64,000 nucleotides of DNA from Felis catus (lineage: Eukaryota). Under the pieces are notes generated by a model. That model saw nothing but the letters and a program-made list of their open reading frames with translations. It was not told where the DNA came from and did not search any database. Position numbers and translations under genes: made by a program. Within the stretch, counting starts at the first letter, position 1. Each line of letters begins with the position of its first letter. The stretch covers positions 149,298,001 to 149,362,000 of the forward strand of contig NC_058368.1 in assembly GCF_018350175.1 (NCBI RefSeq). The letters are read 5' to 3'. Below, in pieces: positions 12,781-25,514 of this stretch.

Positions 12781-12956
12781 ACAACAATAGAGCAGGATGC
12801 TTCCTGTTCTATTTCCGTAAATCACACTTCATTGATGTTTGTTTAATCTAATTACCCTTCCTTTCTCAAGATATCCAGTGGAGGAGAGAGAGCTCAACTT
12901 TCTCACCACAGACCTGCAGTTTTACCTACCACAGCTTTATAATTGAGGTATGTTAT

Positions 12957-13163
12957 TCTTTTTTTTTTCTTTTAAAGTTTTATTTATTTTTGAGAGAGAG
13001 AAGACAAGTGGAGGAGGGGCGGAGAGGGAGGGTGACAGAGGATCCAAAGCTGGCTGGACACTGGTAGCAGCAAGCCCTATGTGGGGCTGGAACCCACAAA
13101 CTATGAGATCATGACCTGAGCCAAAGTCAGACACTCAACCAACTGAGCCACCCAGGTGTGCCC
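12957..13163 (-). mobile_element. CanSINE
   Basis: Poly-T tail, body, and head ...GAGCCACCCAGGTGTGCCC. Confidence 0.93.
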
Positions 13164-13295
13164 ATTATTTTTTTAAAGTAGGCTACACACCCAGTAGGGG
13201 GCCCCACATAGAGCTTGAACTCACCACCCTGAGATCAAGACCTGAGCTGAGATCAAAAGTTGGACATTTAACTGACTGAGCTACCCAGGTGCCCC
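13164..13295 (-). mobile_element. Short older CanSINE lacking the (CT)n region
   Basis: AAAGTAGGCTACACACCCAG...GAGCTACCCAGGTGCCCC. Confidence 0.88.
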
Positions 13296-13622
13296 TGCAG
13301 TATGTCTTGAGCACATCAAGAGTATTTATAGAACCATCACAAATAACTGAGATGCTTTCCCTGATAACTTTTATTCATTTGGTGGCACCAAACAACTATA
13401 GGGTTTGTTGTTGGTTGTTTGTTTTAATTTTCAAGGCTTTCTATCACTCCAACTCTCATTGGGATGGTGGGAAGCTATGAATTAGAGCTTGCTATTAATT
13501 ATTGAGTAAGTCATTGTAACTTGAAATCATAGAGATGATGTGTGGTATCTACTTAACTCTATTATTCAGAAACAAGTTTAGTGTGAACTTCTGCCTTTTG
13601 AAAATCTAAAATATCTAAAGTA

Positions 13623-13727
13623 GGGGTGCCTGGCTGGCTCAGTTGGTAGAGCATGGAACTCTTGATCTTAGGGTCCTGAGTTCAAGCCCCGCATTGGGAG
13701 TAAAGTTTATTTAAAAATTAATAAAAT
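13623..13727 (+). mobile_element. Short tRNA-like CanSINE (old subtype)
   Basis: GGGGTGCCTGGCTGGCTCAGTTGGTAGAGCAT (A box), GAGTTCAAGCC (B box), A-rich tail; TSD AAAATATCTAAAGTA / AAAATTTCTAAAGTA. Confidence 0.9.
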
Positions 13728-14379
13728 AAAATTTCTAAAGTACTTATTTGCTTTATGAGTACAGTGGATAGAACACAGATTGGTTTTGATAAAGAGGGGT
13801 CTGGTAGTGCTGCAGGGGCAGTTATTATGCACAACAGTCCTCATGTGTAGCAGGATAACAGAAGACAAAGAAATAGTAGACAGAAAAATATCAGAGATTT
13901 GGCTTTGTGTTTACTTACTACCAGGAAGTTATTTACAGCAATTTAATTGCTAAAATTAGCTTGTTTTGTTATAACTTTAGTGATTCTCCGTAGAGGATTG
14001 AAAACCAAATTTGGATATTTGAGGACTTTGATCAGTTTATTTAAAAATAATGAATCTTTTGTTATTATTTGAGAAATTTTGGAAACAAATACCATAGTTT
14101 ACATAAATTACTTTTTAAGAATGTATTAGTCACAGTATGATTAGCATTACATTAGCTTCTATGTGATGTGCATGAAGGAAGCAGAAAGCATGCTTCTTAT
14201 CTTTTAATTTTTCATAGTCAACATCACCATACATTTTAACTTTGGTGCCCTTCTCTGAGCCATTGCTGGGTAACACTTGGCTGATGTCAGCACGGTAGCC
14301 ATATTAATATGGCTCTTTCTGTCAACACAGAAGTGGTAGGGCTCATTTTTCGAAATTACTGCAAACACCTTTTAAAGTT

Positions 14380-15570
14380 CATTGAGCATATATTTATAAA
14401 AGTTTACAGTGTGCACAATATTATGCCATGTTTTGTGAGTTAGGAGAAAACAATGTGAATAGATTTAAAAACTTGTCTTCTTTCCTAAAGGGGGTATCCA
14501 ATAACTATACAAATCATCACAATGTAAAGTCACAGGTGGTAATTGTTCTATGAGAAGAATTTACAAAGTATTGTGGACATTTAGAAAATAGAATGCAACA
14601 TGATAAAACCATGAATAAGAAAGTCTCCTGGAGGGCTGGGGCATTTGTGTGGTGTCTTGAGGGTATTTTTATGGACAAGGATAAGAAAAGGACTGTGGAA
14701 TAGGGATATTCCAGATGAAGAGAAACATAATGAAAGAAACAGAGTCAGGTAATCCTAGAATTCATTTGGGAAGTAGGAAATAACTCACTCCGGCCGGACA
14801 TTAGGGCATATGTTAAGGAAGATTCAGACAAAGGTCATATATGCCAAACAAAATAGTTTATATCGAATCCTCTAGGTAACAGAAAGCTGCTGGGTTTTGT
14901 GAGCAGCAAGGTGATGTACTTAGAGTTGTGCATTAGGAAGATTAATCTGTAGCAGGAGACAAAATTAGAGTAGAGAAAGACTGAAGACCAATTAAGAGGC
15001 TATTATGATAATTCAACTGAGAGGTAATGAGAGAAGGGACCATGGGAATGGAACAGAGGAGACCAATTGAAGAGATTAAGGAAGTCAAACCAATGGGATT
15101 TAGTGATTAATTGTAGGTGGATGGCAAATGTATTAAGGAGATAAGGGTGATAACAAGGTTTTAAGCTTGAGAGACTAAGAAAATGGTATCATTGGCAGAA
15201 ATAGTAATTTCTATAGAATACCAGTAGAATTGTTTTGGAATTCTTATTTGGTACTTGGCTTTGGATGTGTTTGAATTCTTGTGCAACTGGAAATGCAGAC
15301 CCAAAGCACAGGAAAATGGTTAGAACTGGTGATAGAGTTTGTGTGAGTGCATGTATGTTTGTGTGTGTCTATCAGAAAGAGAGAGAGAGAGAGAAAACTT
15401 TAAGTAACTCTTTGTTGACACTGTAAAATTCAATGAACTCACTAAAGGATAAACAGTGAATATTATCCCTTACATACAGGAGGTGAAAAGAAGAGGCAGG
15501 TAAGAAGAGAAAGAAAGAGGTAACAGAGAAGCTGGAGGAGAATCAGTAGAACAGCATTTCTATATCAAGG
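14380..15570 (-). mobile_element. L2 LINE fragment
   Basis: Purine-rich antisense L2 motifs, e.g. TTAGGAAGATTAATCTG...GACCAATTAAGAGGCTATTATGATAATTCAACTGAGAGGTAATGAG. Confidence 0.65.
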
Positions 15571-16139
15571 GAATTTTTCTTTCTTTATAAAACACATGTG
15601 ACATCACTAGATTTTTTAAGATTGTGCTTTAGATTTCCTTTTAACTTCAGAAGGGACTTTTGAATATATTTACCCTTATCATAGTAATGGTATAATCAAG
15701 TAAAATAGCAAGAAATCTTAAGTCACTCCTTTTCTATAGAGGAAACTTGGGGTACATATTTTATCAGCAACTGCGGTAAATAAGTGAATTTTGTATTCAT
15801 CCATTCAGTAAGTATTTGTTAAGCATGGAGGACACTTATTTTGAAATTGTGTCTGACTAGAAAAATAGGTCTAGAGGCTATTGATGGGAGAAATAAAAAT
15901 TATGCTACTGATTCTTTGAGCCAGATGTGTTTGTGCTTTATTAGCAAGGGAAGTAAGTAAATAGTTTAAAGCCATTAAGTGTTACATATGCTAGCACACA
16001 CAGATTTCTAATATAAGTTCTTAACTCACAATGGTCAACTATTAACTGTTGCCCACAAATAACCAGAGTAGATTTTTCTCTTCATTTTATTCTCCTTTGA
16101 TGTAATTACTTTTAACTACTCACTTTTTGAAATGATCGC

Positions 16140-16280
16140 ACTCATTAATTCAGTATGGATTCAGTAAATGTTTATCAAGAGCCTATATTATCAAACATCT
16201 TTCTAGGTCTTGCAAATCCAGCCCTGAATGAAACACACAAATATCTTTGTCTTCATGTAATTATATTCCAGTGGAAGTTT
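16140..16280 (-). mobile_element. L2 3' end fragment
   Basis: ATTCAGTAAATGTTTATCAAGAGCCTATATT...TTATATTCCAGTGG is the antisense L2 terminus pattern. Confidence 0.5.
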
Positions 16281-16706
16281 ACATTAATGAAATTTAATCA
16301 AAATTTTAACAAATTTTGTTTCAGTATCTAATATTGCATTATATCATTGTATTCTCATGTAATTTTCTAATATTACACATTTTTGTACTTACATCCTAGG
16401 TGGTTATTGATCTTTGTGATAGTATAGTTATGTGCTCCAGGAAATGTAGTGATTGTTGTTGTTGTTTTCCAGTAAAGACGACTAAAAGCCTGCATGTTTC
16501 CTTCTTGATTTCTACTACGAAATTATTGCCACTATTTTGAATAGTAGTCTTTTGTTTTCTGACAATGTAAAAATATAATAAAAGTATTTGAGAAAATAAG
16601 TGTTATATATTGATCATATTAATAGATATGTATAGGAGAAATATAATTAATAAATAGATAAGGGATAATAAAATTAGAAAATCTCCATTTTAAAAACCCT
16701 CATACT

Positions 16707-16932
16707 GGGGCGCCTGGGTGGCGCAGTCGGTTAAGCGTCCGACTTCAGCCAGGTCACGATCTCGCGGTCCGTGAGTTCGAGCCCCGCGTCTGGCTCTGGG
16801 CTGATGGCTCAGAGCCTGGAGCCTGTTTCCGATTCTGTGTCTCCCTCTCTCTCTGCCCCTCCCCCGTTCATGCTCTGTCTCTCTCTGTCCCCAAAATAAA
16901 TAAACATTGAAAAAAAAAATAAAATAAAGAAA
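16707..16932 (+). mobile_element. Young felid CanSINE (SINEC_Fc-type)
   Basis: CpG-rich GGGGCGCCTGGGTGGCGCAGTCGGTTAAGCGTCCGAC..., (CT)n, A tail; perfect TSD AAAAACCCTCATAC (16692-16705 / 16933-16946). Confidence 0.98.
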
Positions 16933-16949
16933 AAAAACCCTCATACGAT

Positions 16950-17540
16950 CATTGATCTAGATAGCAATCATCAATGCCTGCTAAAACCATTTGGTAAATG
17001 ATTGATGGCAACTTTATAATGGATGAAGCTGAAGTTTTTATCAATCTGAATATCATCAACAGTAGGAAAATCAGATATTATGTGTCTCCAATGTAGTACA
17101 ATAAGAAGCACATAGAAACATTTATGTGTTTTTACCAAAGAAAATAAAATAAAACCTGAATTTCTGAATCTAACCATATGGGACTTGTTGGGATTCATAT
17201 TCAAGTAAATCAACTATAATAAGATGCTTTTGAGACAACTGGGAAGGTTAAAACATGGACTGGATAATGGCTGATACAAAATAATTATTGCTAATTTTGT
17301 TAGGTATGATGATGGTACACCAATAATATTTTTAAAAATTCTTCTCCATTAGAGAGACATATTAAAGTATTTATGAAAGAAATGATATGGTGTCTAGAAT
17401 TTTATTTACAATTTGCGAGCAACAAAAGAAAAGGAAAATAACAGATGAGAAATCAATGAAGATGTCCAAAGGCTACAATTGTGAAGCATTGGGGCTTCAT
17501 TCTTTTATGTTATTTTTAAATCTTTCCATTATAATAAGAC
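16950..17540 (+). mobile_element. Ancient L1 3' end (L1ME-like)
   Basis: Motifs TTTTGAGACAACTGGGAA...ATGGACTGGATA...TAATTTTGTTAGGTATGATGATGGTA are typical of L1ME 3'UTR. Confidence 0.6.
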
Positions 17541-19199
17541 AGTTGTACATGTATTTTGTAATAAAAATGTTATTTTAACTTTTGTAATTGTTTTCTTAGG
17601 TTGATATTATGGAGCCCCCATTGGTGCTATTCATGGGTATAGGAACATGATGTCAAATAGGGCTTTCAGAATGCATGCACTTTTCATTCTCATTACCGGC
17701 AGCTGACAAACTGAGACAAAAAGATTTCAAAATGAGGCAGGACATGATAAACTGGATTTGAAAGAAATTGCAGAGATAAAATATCCTAAGCCATGTCCAT
17801 ATTACATGATACCCAAAGATTTCTGAAACACTCCCCTCTCCTTTTTCCTCTTTTCTCTCCTTCATTATAAGCTTCAGACTTATTTAACTCCCTTGTCTGA
17901 AACTGACAGTTGGTTTGGTGATGTCTGGACACTCTAAATCATTTTTACAATGCCAGTACACTATCAGTTAGCATGAGGTGACCTTTTTACCAGAACAAAA
18001 TCTTCCTGCCTATGTCTCGGCAAATGTTGACAAAAGTATGTGAGAACAAGAGTGATAATAAGATTTATCATACTGAGGCACTGGGTAATAGGAATTCTTC
18101 TATAAATTAACAACCACGGTTGACATTATTTGTGCATTTGTGCAAATGCCAACACAGCCTAACATCTGTCCTGTCAGACAAAAAAGACACAACTCATTTG
18201 ATATTGTTAGTGCCCCCCTCATTCCTGAAAAGGTCACTTGCTCTTTAGCCTGCTATATAAGATTAAAGTAGCTTCCAGCAAATAACTATGCTAGAAACCA
18301 AGGCCTACTGTTCAGGTGATACTGATAGTGAAAGTACCATTTGCCTCATCTTCTAAATAAATTGTTTCAGAATGTGAAAGCCCCAAATGTTTACTACTAC
18401 AATGTAACAACTTTTGTTATTAGCTCTCTATACATACACACATGAATCAAGAACCTTCACACATTTAACATTTGTATGCTATTTTTTTCTATTCCCAAAA
18501 GGGTTTCACTTTCATTCGAAAATATTTCATATTTCTAAATAATTCCCATGAGTTGTTTCTTCTAGCAAGCCCTGTTTTATTCCCTTCAGCAACATAGATC
18601 CTATGTGAATCTGGTGGCTCCGAGATTTGGCTCTCACAATATAGAATAAAACACTTTTTGTCTGATGTCTAATGATTTGAGTATCTTTACTTCATGTAAA
18701 GGGCAAGAATCCTTCTAGGAATAAAAGGGAAAATTTCTTGTTCTTTATTCCTTTCTAGTGCCTTCAAATTCAACCTGATTTTTCAGGACAATAATTTATG
18801 CTTTGACTATATCCAGAGCATTATCATCTATTTTTCTATCAAAGTTGCTGACTTAAGTTTTTTCTCCAGCAAACAAAACTATGATGGTGGGTATATAGTA
18901 AAAAATGTGATTTGAAATCATATATTCAACATATGTTGATTATCCTGTCTGTATATAAGCCTTTGGGTAAGCAATCTCAAAGACGCAAAGATGTATAAGA
19001 CCCAGAACTTTCTTTTAGTTCCCAGTTTAGTAAAAGAGCCAAGAAGATGTAAAGATGTATCAGACTCAGAGTTTTCCTTCAGTTCATAATTTAGTAAAGG
19101 AGCAAAGACTGGAATATTAAGTAAATTTGATGCTAGGTGGAAAACGACTTTTTTTTTTACAAAGCCATAAAGAGTTACCAAAAAAAAAAAACGTTATCA

Positions 19200-20445
19200 C
19201 CTATAGATAGATCAATGGAATAAAATATATAGTCTAGAAATAGAACCATACATATATGGTCAGTTGACTTTCAACAAAGTCATCAAGACAATTCAATGAA
19301 AAAGGCCAGTCTTTCCAACCTTGACTCATGCACAGAATTAACTCAAAATGGATCAATGACCCGAATGTAAAAACAAAAATTCTAAAACTAAAGGAAAACA
19401 GAGAAAAGATTTATGGCCTTGCGTGTAGCAAATATTCTTTAGATATGATACCAAAAGCATAGTACATAAAACTATATATAAACTGAACTTGATAAAAATT
19501 TAAAAATTTTGCTCTCTGAAAAAACCTGTTAAAGAAAAGCACAAGCCACAGACTTGAAAAAATATTTGCAAAATATGTATCTAGTGAAGGACTTATATCC
19601 AAAATATTTAAGGTAGTCTCAAAACTTAATAAGAAAATAAACAACCGATAAAAACTATGCATAAAGATTTGAATAGACACTAGACCACGGAAGATATATA
19701 TATATATATATGACAAATAGATAAAAGAAAAGACATTCAGCACCATTAGCCATTAAGGAAATGCAAATTAAAATCACAATGAGATACCAACATACAGCTA
19801 TCAGAATGCCTAAAATGAAAAAATAAAACCAGACAATTATAAGTGGTTGCAAAAATATGGAGCAACTGGAACCCTCAAACACTGATATAAGAATACAAAA
19901 CAGTTTGAAAAATAATTTGGCAGCTTTTTTATAAAGTTAGAACTTACACTTACCATACAACCCATAAATCCCACTGCCAGGTATTTATCTAAGAGAAAGA
20001 AAAGCTTAAGTTTACACAAAAATCTTTATATCAATGTTTACATTTGGCTGTATTCATAACATCCAAAAGGTGGAAATAATCCCAACCACCTTCAATTGAT
20101 GAATGTATTAAGAAACTGTATCTTCACACAGTAGAATAATATTCAGCAAGCAAAAGTAATAAACTGGTCATTTACAATGTATATTACATGAAGAAATATC
20201 AAATGTATTATGTGAAGTATATGAAGCCAGACTCAAGACTAAATACTATATGATTCCATTTATGTACCTTCTGAACAGGAAAAACTATAGGGACAGAGAA
20301 CTGATGAGCCAGGGTCTACACAAGGGAGGAAGTGATTCCTGCAGAGGGGACTAAGGGAATTTCTGAGGGATGAAACTTCTATACCTTGATTGTGGTGGCT
20401 ACGGACTAAATGCATTTGTCGAAATTCATAGAACACTGAAAAGGG
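19200..20445 (+). mobile_element. Old L1 (L1MC/MD-like), ORF2 3' part and 3'UTR
   Basis: ATAGATCAATGGAATAAAATA (IDQWNKI), AAAATATTTGCAAAATATGTATCT, GGAAATGCAAATTAAAATCACAATGAGATACC; degraded. Confidence 0.85.
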
Positions 20446-20826
20446 TGTTGTGAGTTCAGAGGAAGGAGGAAATCTCAACTGATCACAAAAGTTATGTGGG
20501 GCATCCTGCAATGGCAGTGAGGGCAAATTACGGTTGGAAAAGCCCTGGGGAAGGAAGCTGCAAGGTACGTCCAGGGATCAAAGTGAAAATGGATAATAAG
20601 GAACTAAATGGGGAAGACTGGCCAGGATAAAACTGTAGGAAGCCTTGACTGCCATGCTAGAGAAGTCTGTCTATGATACCATGGTAAACACTGGAGAGTT
20701 TTAGCATAGAAATGACCTACATCTATACTCAGAAAGAAGGAATGAGGTTTCTCAAAATAACTTGCGCATCTGAAATTCTACTTCTGGTTTAGTTAATAGG
20801 AGTGATGGACCAGAAATATGCATTTT

Positions 20827-21015
20827 AAAAAACGTTTATTTATTATGAGAACAAATGGGGGGGGGGGGCAAAGAGAGAGGCAGAGAGAATCCCAAGCAGG
20901 CTCCAGGCTGTCAGCCCACAGCCCTGTACAGGGCTCCATCCCACCAACCGTGAGATCATGACCTGAATGGAAATCAAGAGTTGGCTGCTCACCTGACTGA
21001 GCCACCTAGGCACCC
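20827..21015 (-). mobile_element. CanSINE
   Basis: Head ...GAGCCACCTAGGCACCCC; TSD CCAGAAATATGCATTTT / CCAGAAATAAGCAATTTT. Confidence 0.92.
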
Positions 21016-21339
21016 CCAGAAATAAGCAATTTTGACAGAACCTTCAACTTCATCCTGGTGTGGTTTATTCATGAAGCTGAAAAAATAAAATAAAATTACT
21101 GTGACATTGTGTCATCCAGTCAAGTGGTTTCATCCATTGTTTGACCAAAAGTCCTAACATCTTCTCTTTGCCATGTGTGTCCTTATGGCCAGAGGTTCAG
21201 TAAATACACCTTCATCCCTCGAATGCTAACTGGCCCTTGGAGCCACTGGGCACTTACCTGTTGTTATTGGTGTCTAGTATATGCGTCTTTATAGCTTCCA
21301 CTTTTTCCTTGAAGTATCGGATGTGGTGCAAAACATGCT

Positions 21340-21552
21340 GAAATCAGAGTTGTGAGACCTCAGTCAATATCTTGCCATTTACATGTGGCTCTGAAGCAGC
21401 TAGTCAACTTCTCAGAGCCTAAAGTTATCAACAGTGTGCATGCAAATTGAAATGCTTACCCTCTCAGCCTCAGGGTGACTTAGAGGTTCGTAAGAAATCT
21501 TGTTTGTGAAAAGCCCTTTGAAATAATCTACCAAGTACTATACAAATGTAAG
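21340..21552 (+). mobile_element. MIR fragment
   Basis: CAACTTCTCAGAGCCT core and the 3' terminus GTACTATACAAATGTAAG. Confidence 0.55.
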
Positions 21553-22213
21553 AAAGACATTTTAATCCCTTTGGGTTAAATCATTAAATCTCCAGACAAC
21601 TCTCTTTAAATGCAAATACGTTGTATAAGAAGGTATAACATTAGCACATATATTAGAATTTTAGCTATGCATTAGGGTACATGGTTTTTTCACACAGATT
21701 TGACAATGAAGAAATGGGTGGTAAAGCCGTTACATTTTGATAGGATAGGGGAAGAAACTGTACAGGAGGCAAAACTTCACTTCTATGCTCTTAGGTCCCG
21801 GGCTGGGCCTGAGAATTAAATTGACATAAGATAGATTAACAGGAGAAAAACATACAGAATTTTATATAAATTTTACATGACACAGAAGCCCTTACAAGGA
21901 AATCAAGAACTGAAGAATTGGCAAAATCTAAATATTTTTATCTAATGTTTTCTTCTTTTGAAGAAAGAGAGGCAATTGTAGAAAAGGAACTAAAATATAT
22001 GGGGAGGCTAACGGAAGATGAGTATTTTAAGGTTTGCTTATATAGAATTCTGTCAGCCTTGAGTCCGCATCTTTGGTGATAAAGGATGTTTCTATCCTCC
22101 TAGTATAAAGAGGACATCTTATACATGGGTGTTCTATCTCCTGCTCTTAGGAAGAAAAAAGCAGGTCTGAACACTCTTCTTATACTTGTGGGCTTTTTTA
22201 ATAAAACATTTTT

Positions 22214-22440
22214 GGGGCGCCTGGGTGGTGCAGTCGGTTAAGCGTCCGACTTCAGCCAGGTCACGATCTCGCGGTCCGTGAGTTCAAGCCCCGCGTCAGG
22301 CTCTGGGCTGATGGCTCAGAGCCTGGAGCCTGTTTCCGATTCTGTGTCTCCCTCTCTCTCTGCCCCTCCCCCGTTCATGCTCTGTCTCTCTCTGTCCCAA
22401 AAATAAATAAAAAACGTTGAAAAAAAATTTAAACAAAACA
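22214..22440 (+). mobile_element. Young felid CanSINE inserted in the tail of an older antisense SINE
   Basis: Near-consensus CpG-rich body; TSD AAAACATTTTT (22203-22213 / 22441-22451). Confidence 0.98.
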
Positions 22441-22451
22441 AAAACATTTTT

Positions 22452-22655
22452 TAAATGTTTATTTATTTTTGAGAGATAGGAAGACAGAGTGTGAGCAGGA
22501 GAGGGGCAGAGAGAGAGGGAGACAGAATCTGAAGCAGGCTCCAGGCTCTGAGCTGTCAGCACAGAGCCTGACACAGGGCTCAAAATCACAAACCATGAGA
22601 TCATGACCTGAGTCGATGTCGGATGCTTAACCGATTGAGCCACCCAGGCGCCCCA
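22452..22655 (-). mobile_element. CanSINE (felid type)
   Basis: AAATGTTTATTTATTTTTGAGAG...GAGCCACCCAGGCGCCCC. Confidence 0.95.
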
Positions 22656-24987
22656 TGCTTACATTTTTTACAGTTTTCAAAGTAATTCCTATGGCATATT
22701 CTGGGGTGGCATATACTCCTGCTACCATTCAGAACCATAAAGAAAGGAGGAAGAAGAGAGTTGGGAAAAATTCAATGCATGGATCTGAAGGCAGTTTTTA
22801 GGAAAGTTACATAGCTTGAGGCCCAAAAGTGGACCTGAAAGGCTCTGAAAGCCAACAGGCATACTTTGAGCTATTGCCAAGGTGAGCCCTGATTCCTCCA
22901 GGGGAAAACATCTATGTCAAAAGACATACTGCTTTCTTTTCCTAGAGGCAAACCATAAAGGGAGTAGTAGACATAGCTGAGTAACCTGTTGCAACCTTGT
23001 GCATTGCACATTGACATCTATCTGGCTCAAAGAATGGTTGTGTGGATATACCAAACTGTGTGAAACACAAATTAGCATCGCTGTTGAGTTGAAGAGACCA
23101 CTGTGTGTATGAATTTGCCACTGCTTTACATCCTCTAGGGTCTTACATTTAGACCCTAGTATACTGAGGGGAGAAAAGAAATCTCCTGTTATACAGCTTC
23201 CACTTTAGACTCTCCCCATAAAATGAAGTGGGCTATGACATTGCCAGAAAAGAACCTGTAGGTACCAGCTTTCACAGACCATCAAAGACATTAAGACTTC
23301 AGAAAATGGGGCAAGGTCATAAGTCAAACTTGCCCGGCCCTGTAGCTCATTTGCACATATCAAATTTCATTCTCTCCTCTCTTGCCATTTAAGTTGAAGG
23401 CCCTTAGACACTAGGAGTGTTAGAGCCCTGGAAACCCCACATATCTACAGGGAGAGCAATGCCACAGTTAAAGGAAGAGGGTTCCTCTGTCATGCATTTA
23501 AATCACTTAGATGGCTTGGTAGGTCCTTGGCTGAAAGGCGGTCAATTGTGATGACCCTTGGGGTTTATCTGAGCTTCTCAATTACAAACCATCACTTTCA
23601 CCTTTGGGATTCCCAGCCCTGAATATGCTGCAGGCTCTCAGATCTCCCATCACTTGCCCAAATAAGAGCCAGCTTGGCTGGTTTCCTCTGGGCATTTCTA
23701 GCCACCATCTATAAAGGCTGCTAAAGGAAAAAGAGTTGTGAGAGGAATACAAGGAAATCATAGGAAAAAAAAAATCTTGTTTCAACAACAAGGACCTATC
23801 TGGACTCTTATGCAATCTCTGTCAAACGAGAAATGAGTTCCAAATGTAGAATTAATTTTGCACAAAGCCTTCTGTACTTGTCTTCATATTCATATCTGAC
23901 ATTTGGCAGTAAGACACAAATTCATCTCCTTAGAACTCATTTTCTTTCTTTTAAACATTAAGTAATGAATGAAAATTTCTGAAAAGTAGAGCGTCCCCAT
24001 GACAGCAAATGCAAAATGCCCACAAGGGTATAGGGAAGAAAAAGAGTTCTCTTTCATCCTACCCCCAGCCACCTGTTCCTTTTCTAGAGGCTAAATCCCA
24101 CCAATTGCAGAGATAGTCTTCATATGCAAACATTTATTTGCATGTCATTTCTTATTCTTCAAGTAGTAGTGTATTATAGATTTTCTTTTGCACCTTGCTT
24201 CCTTGCTGTATCTTTATCTATCTCTATGTCTCTATATGATAACAATTTTTGTTTTCTATGTGAGTTACATATAAATTTCCCATATTATTTTTATTAGCTG
24301 CACAGTGTTTCTTTGTGTGGATATAGCATAATTTATTTAACTGAGCCCTTATTCATAGCCACTTATGTTGTTATGGATGTCTTATATTACAACATTGAGT
24401 ATCGTTGTAGTGGTATAATTTCAATCAAGTGCAAGAATGCGTTAGATAAATTTCTAGAAGTGGAATTGCTGGAAAAAATAACACGTGCTTTAAACTTTGA
24501 TATATATTTTACTGAATTTCCCTCTCTAAATTATTGTGCCAGTTCAGACTCCACCAATGACATCTAAGATTTCTTATTTCCTTCTGTTATTGAACTTTTA
24601 GATAATTGATGACTAGGTATATGAACATTAGAATTTTAATGTAGCTTTCATTTGCCTTCTTCCTAAAATAAGGATGATTAAATATCTTTTTATATGCTTA
24701 GAAACTATTTTATTATTTTTCTGTGAACTGTCCATTTATTAGCCTGTTTTTTTTTTTTAATTGTGTTTTTGGTCTTGTTGATTTATAGGAGCTTCTTTAT
24801 ATTAACTGTTAAATGTAAGTATTTTTTCTAAGGTTTTGGTCTTTGTTTTCTGGGGTTTTTTTTTGGGGGGGGGTGTCGTCTTTTGATGTTATTGTCTTTT
24901 GCCAAACAGCATTCTTTTTTAATTTTATTGTATTAACTACCACGTTAACAATTTTTAGGACTTTGTGTTATAGCTTTGTGTTATATT

Positions 24988-25181
24988 AAATTTTTTTTAA
25001 TGTTTATTTATTTTTGAGAGAGAGAGAGAGACAGAGTGTGAGAGAGACACAGAATTTGAAGCAGGCTCCAGGCTCTGAGTTGTCAGCACAGAGCCCGATG
25101 CAGGGCTCGAACTCACAGACCATGAGATCACAACCTGAGCCAAAGTCGGCCACTTAACTGAGTGAGTCACCCAGGTGCCCC
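24988..25181 (-). mobile_element. CanSINE (felid type)
   Basis: Typical body; TSD TTTGTGTTATATT on both sides. Confidence 0.95.
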
Positions 25182-25300
25182 TTTTGTGTTATATTTAGAA
25201 AGTACTTCACGTGCCAAATTAATTTTAACAATTAACTCTTGTTATTTTTGCTGTTTTATGTTCTTTTTACGTTCTTTACTTAAAAATTTTATCTGAAATT

Positions 25301-25514
25301 AAAAAAAAAATTTTTTTTGAGTTTATTTATTTTGGAGAAAGACAGAGCCTGAGTCGGGGAGGGGCAGAGAGAGAGGGAGACACAGAATCTGAAGCAGGCT
25401 CCAGACTCTGAGCTGTTGGCAAAGAGCTGGATGCGGGGCTTAAACCCACAAACCGTGAGATCAGGACCTGACCTGAAGTCGGATGCTCAACTGACTGAGC
25501 CACCCCAGGTGCCC
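25301..25514 (-). mobile_element. CanSINE (felid type)
   Basis: Typical body; degenerate TSD TTTATCTGAAATT / TTCATCTGGAAATT. Confidence 0.95.

Larger units (their letters stand above)
21759..22731 (-). mobile_element. ERV1-type solo LTR (MER34/carnivore LTR-like) containing two nested SINEs
   Basis: TG...CA termini with near-TSD AAAC/GAAC; the reverse-complement start TGAATGGTAGCAGGAGTATATGCCACCCCAGAATATGCC resembles MER34-group LTRs. Confidence 0.7.

Noticed and set aside
13623..13700. Functional tRNA gene
   Set aside because: It has a CanSINE head, A-rich tail and TSD, and no convincing acceptor stem or Pol III terminator arrangement.
17600..17830. Possible coding exon after the TTTTCTTAG acceptor
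   Set aside because: No recognisable peptide and no convincing donor.
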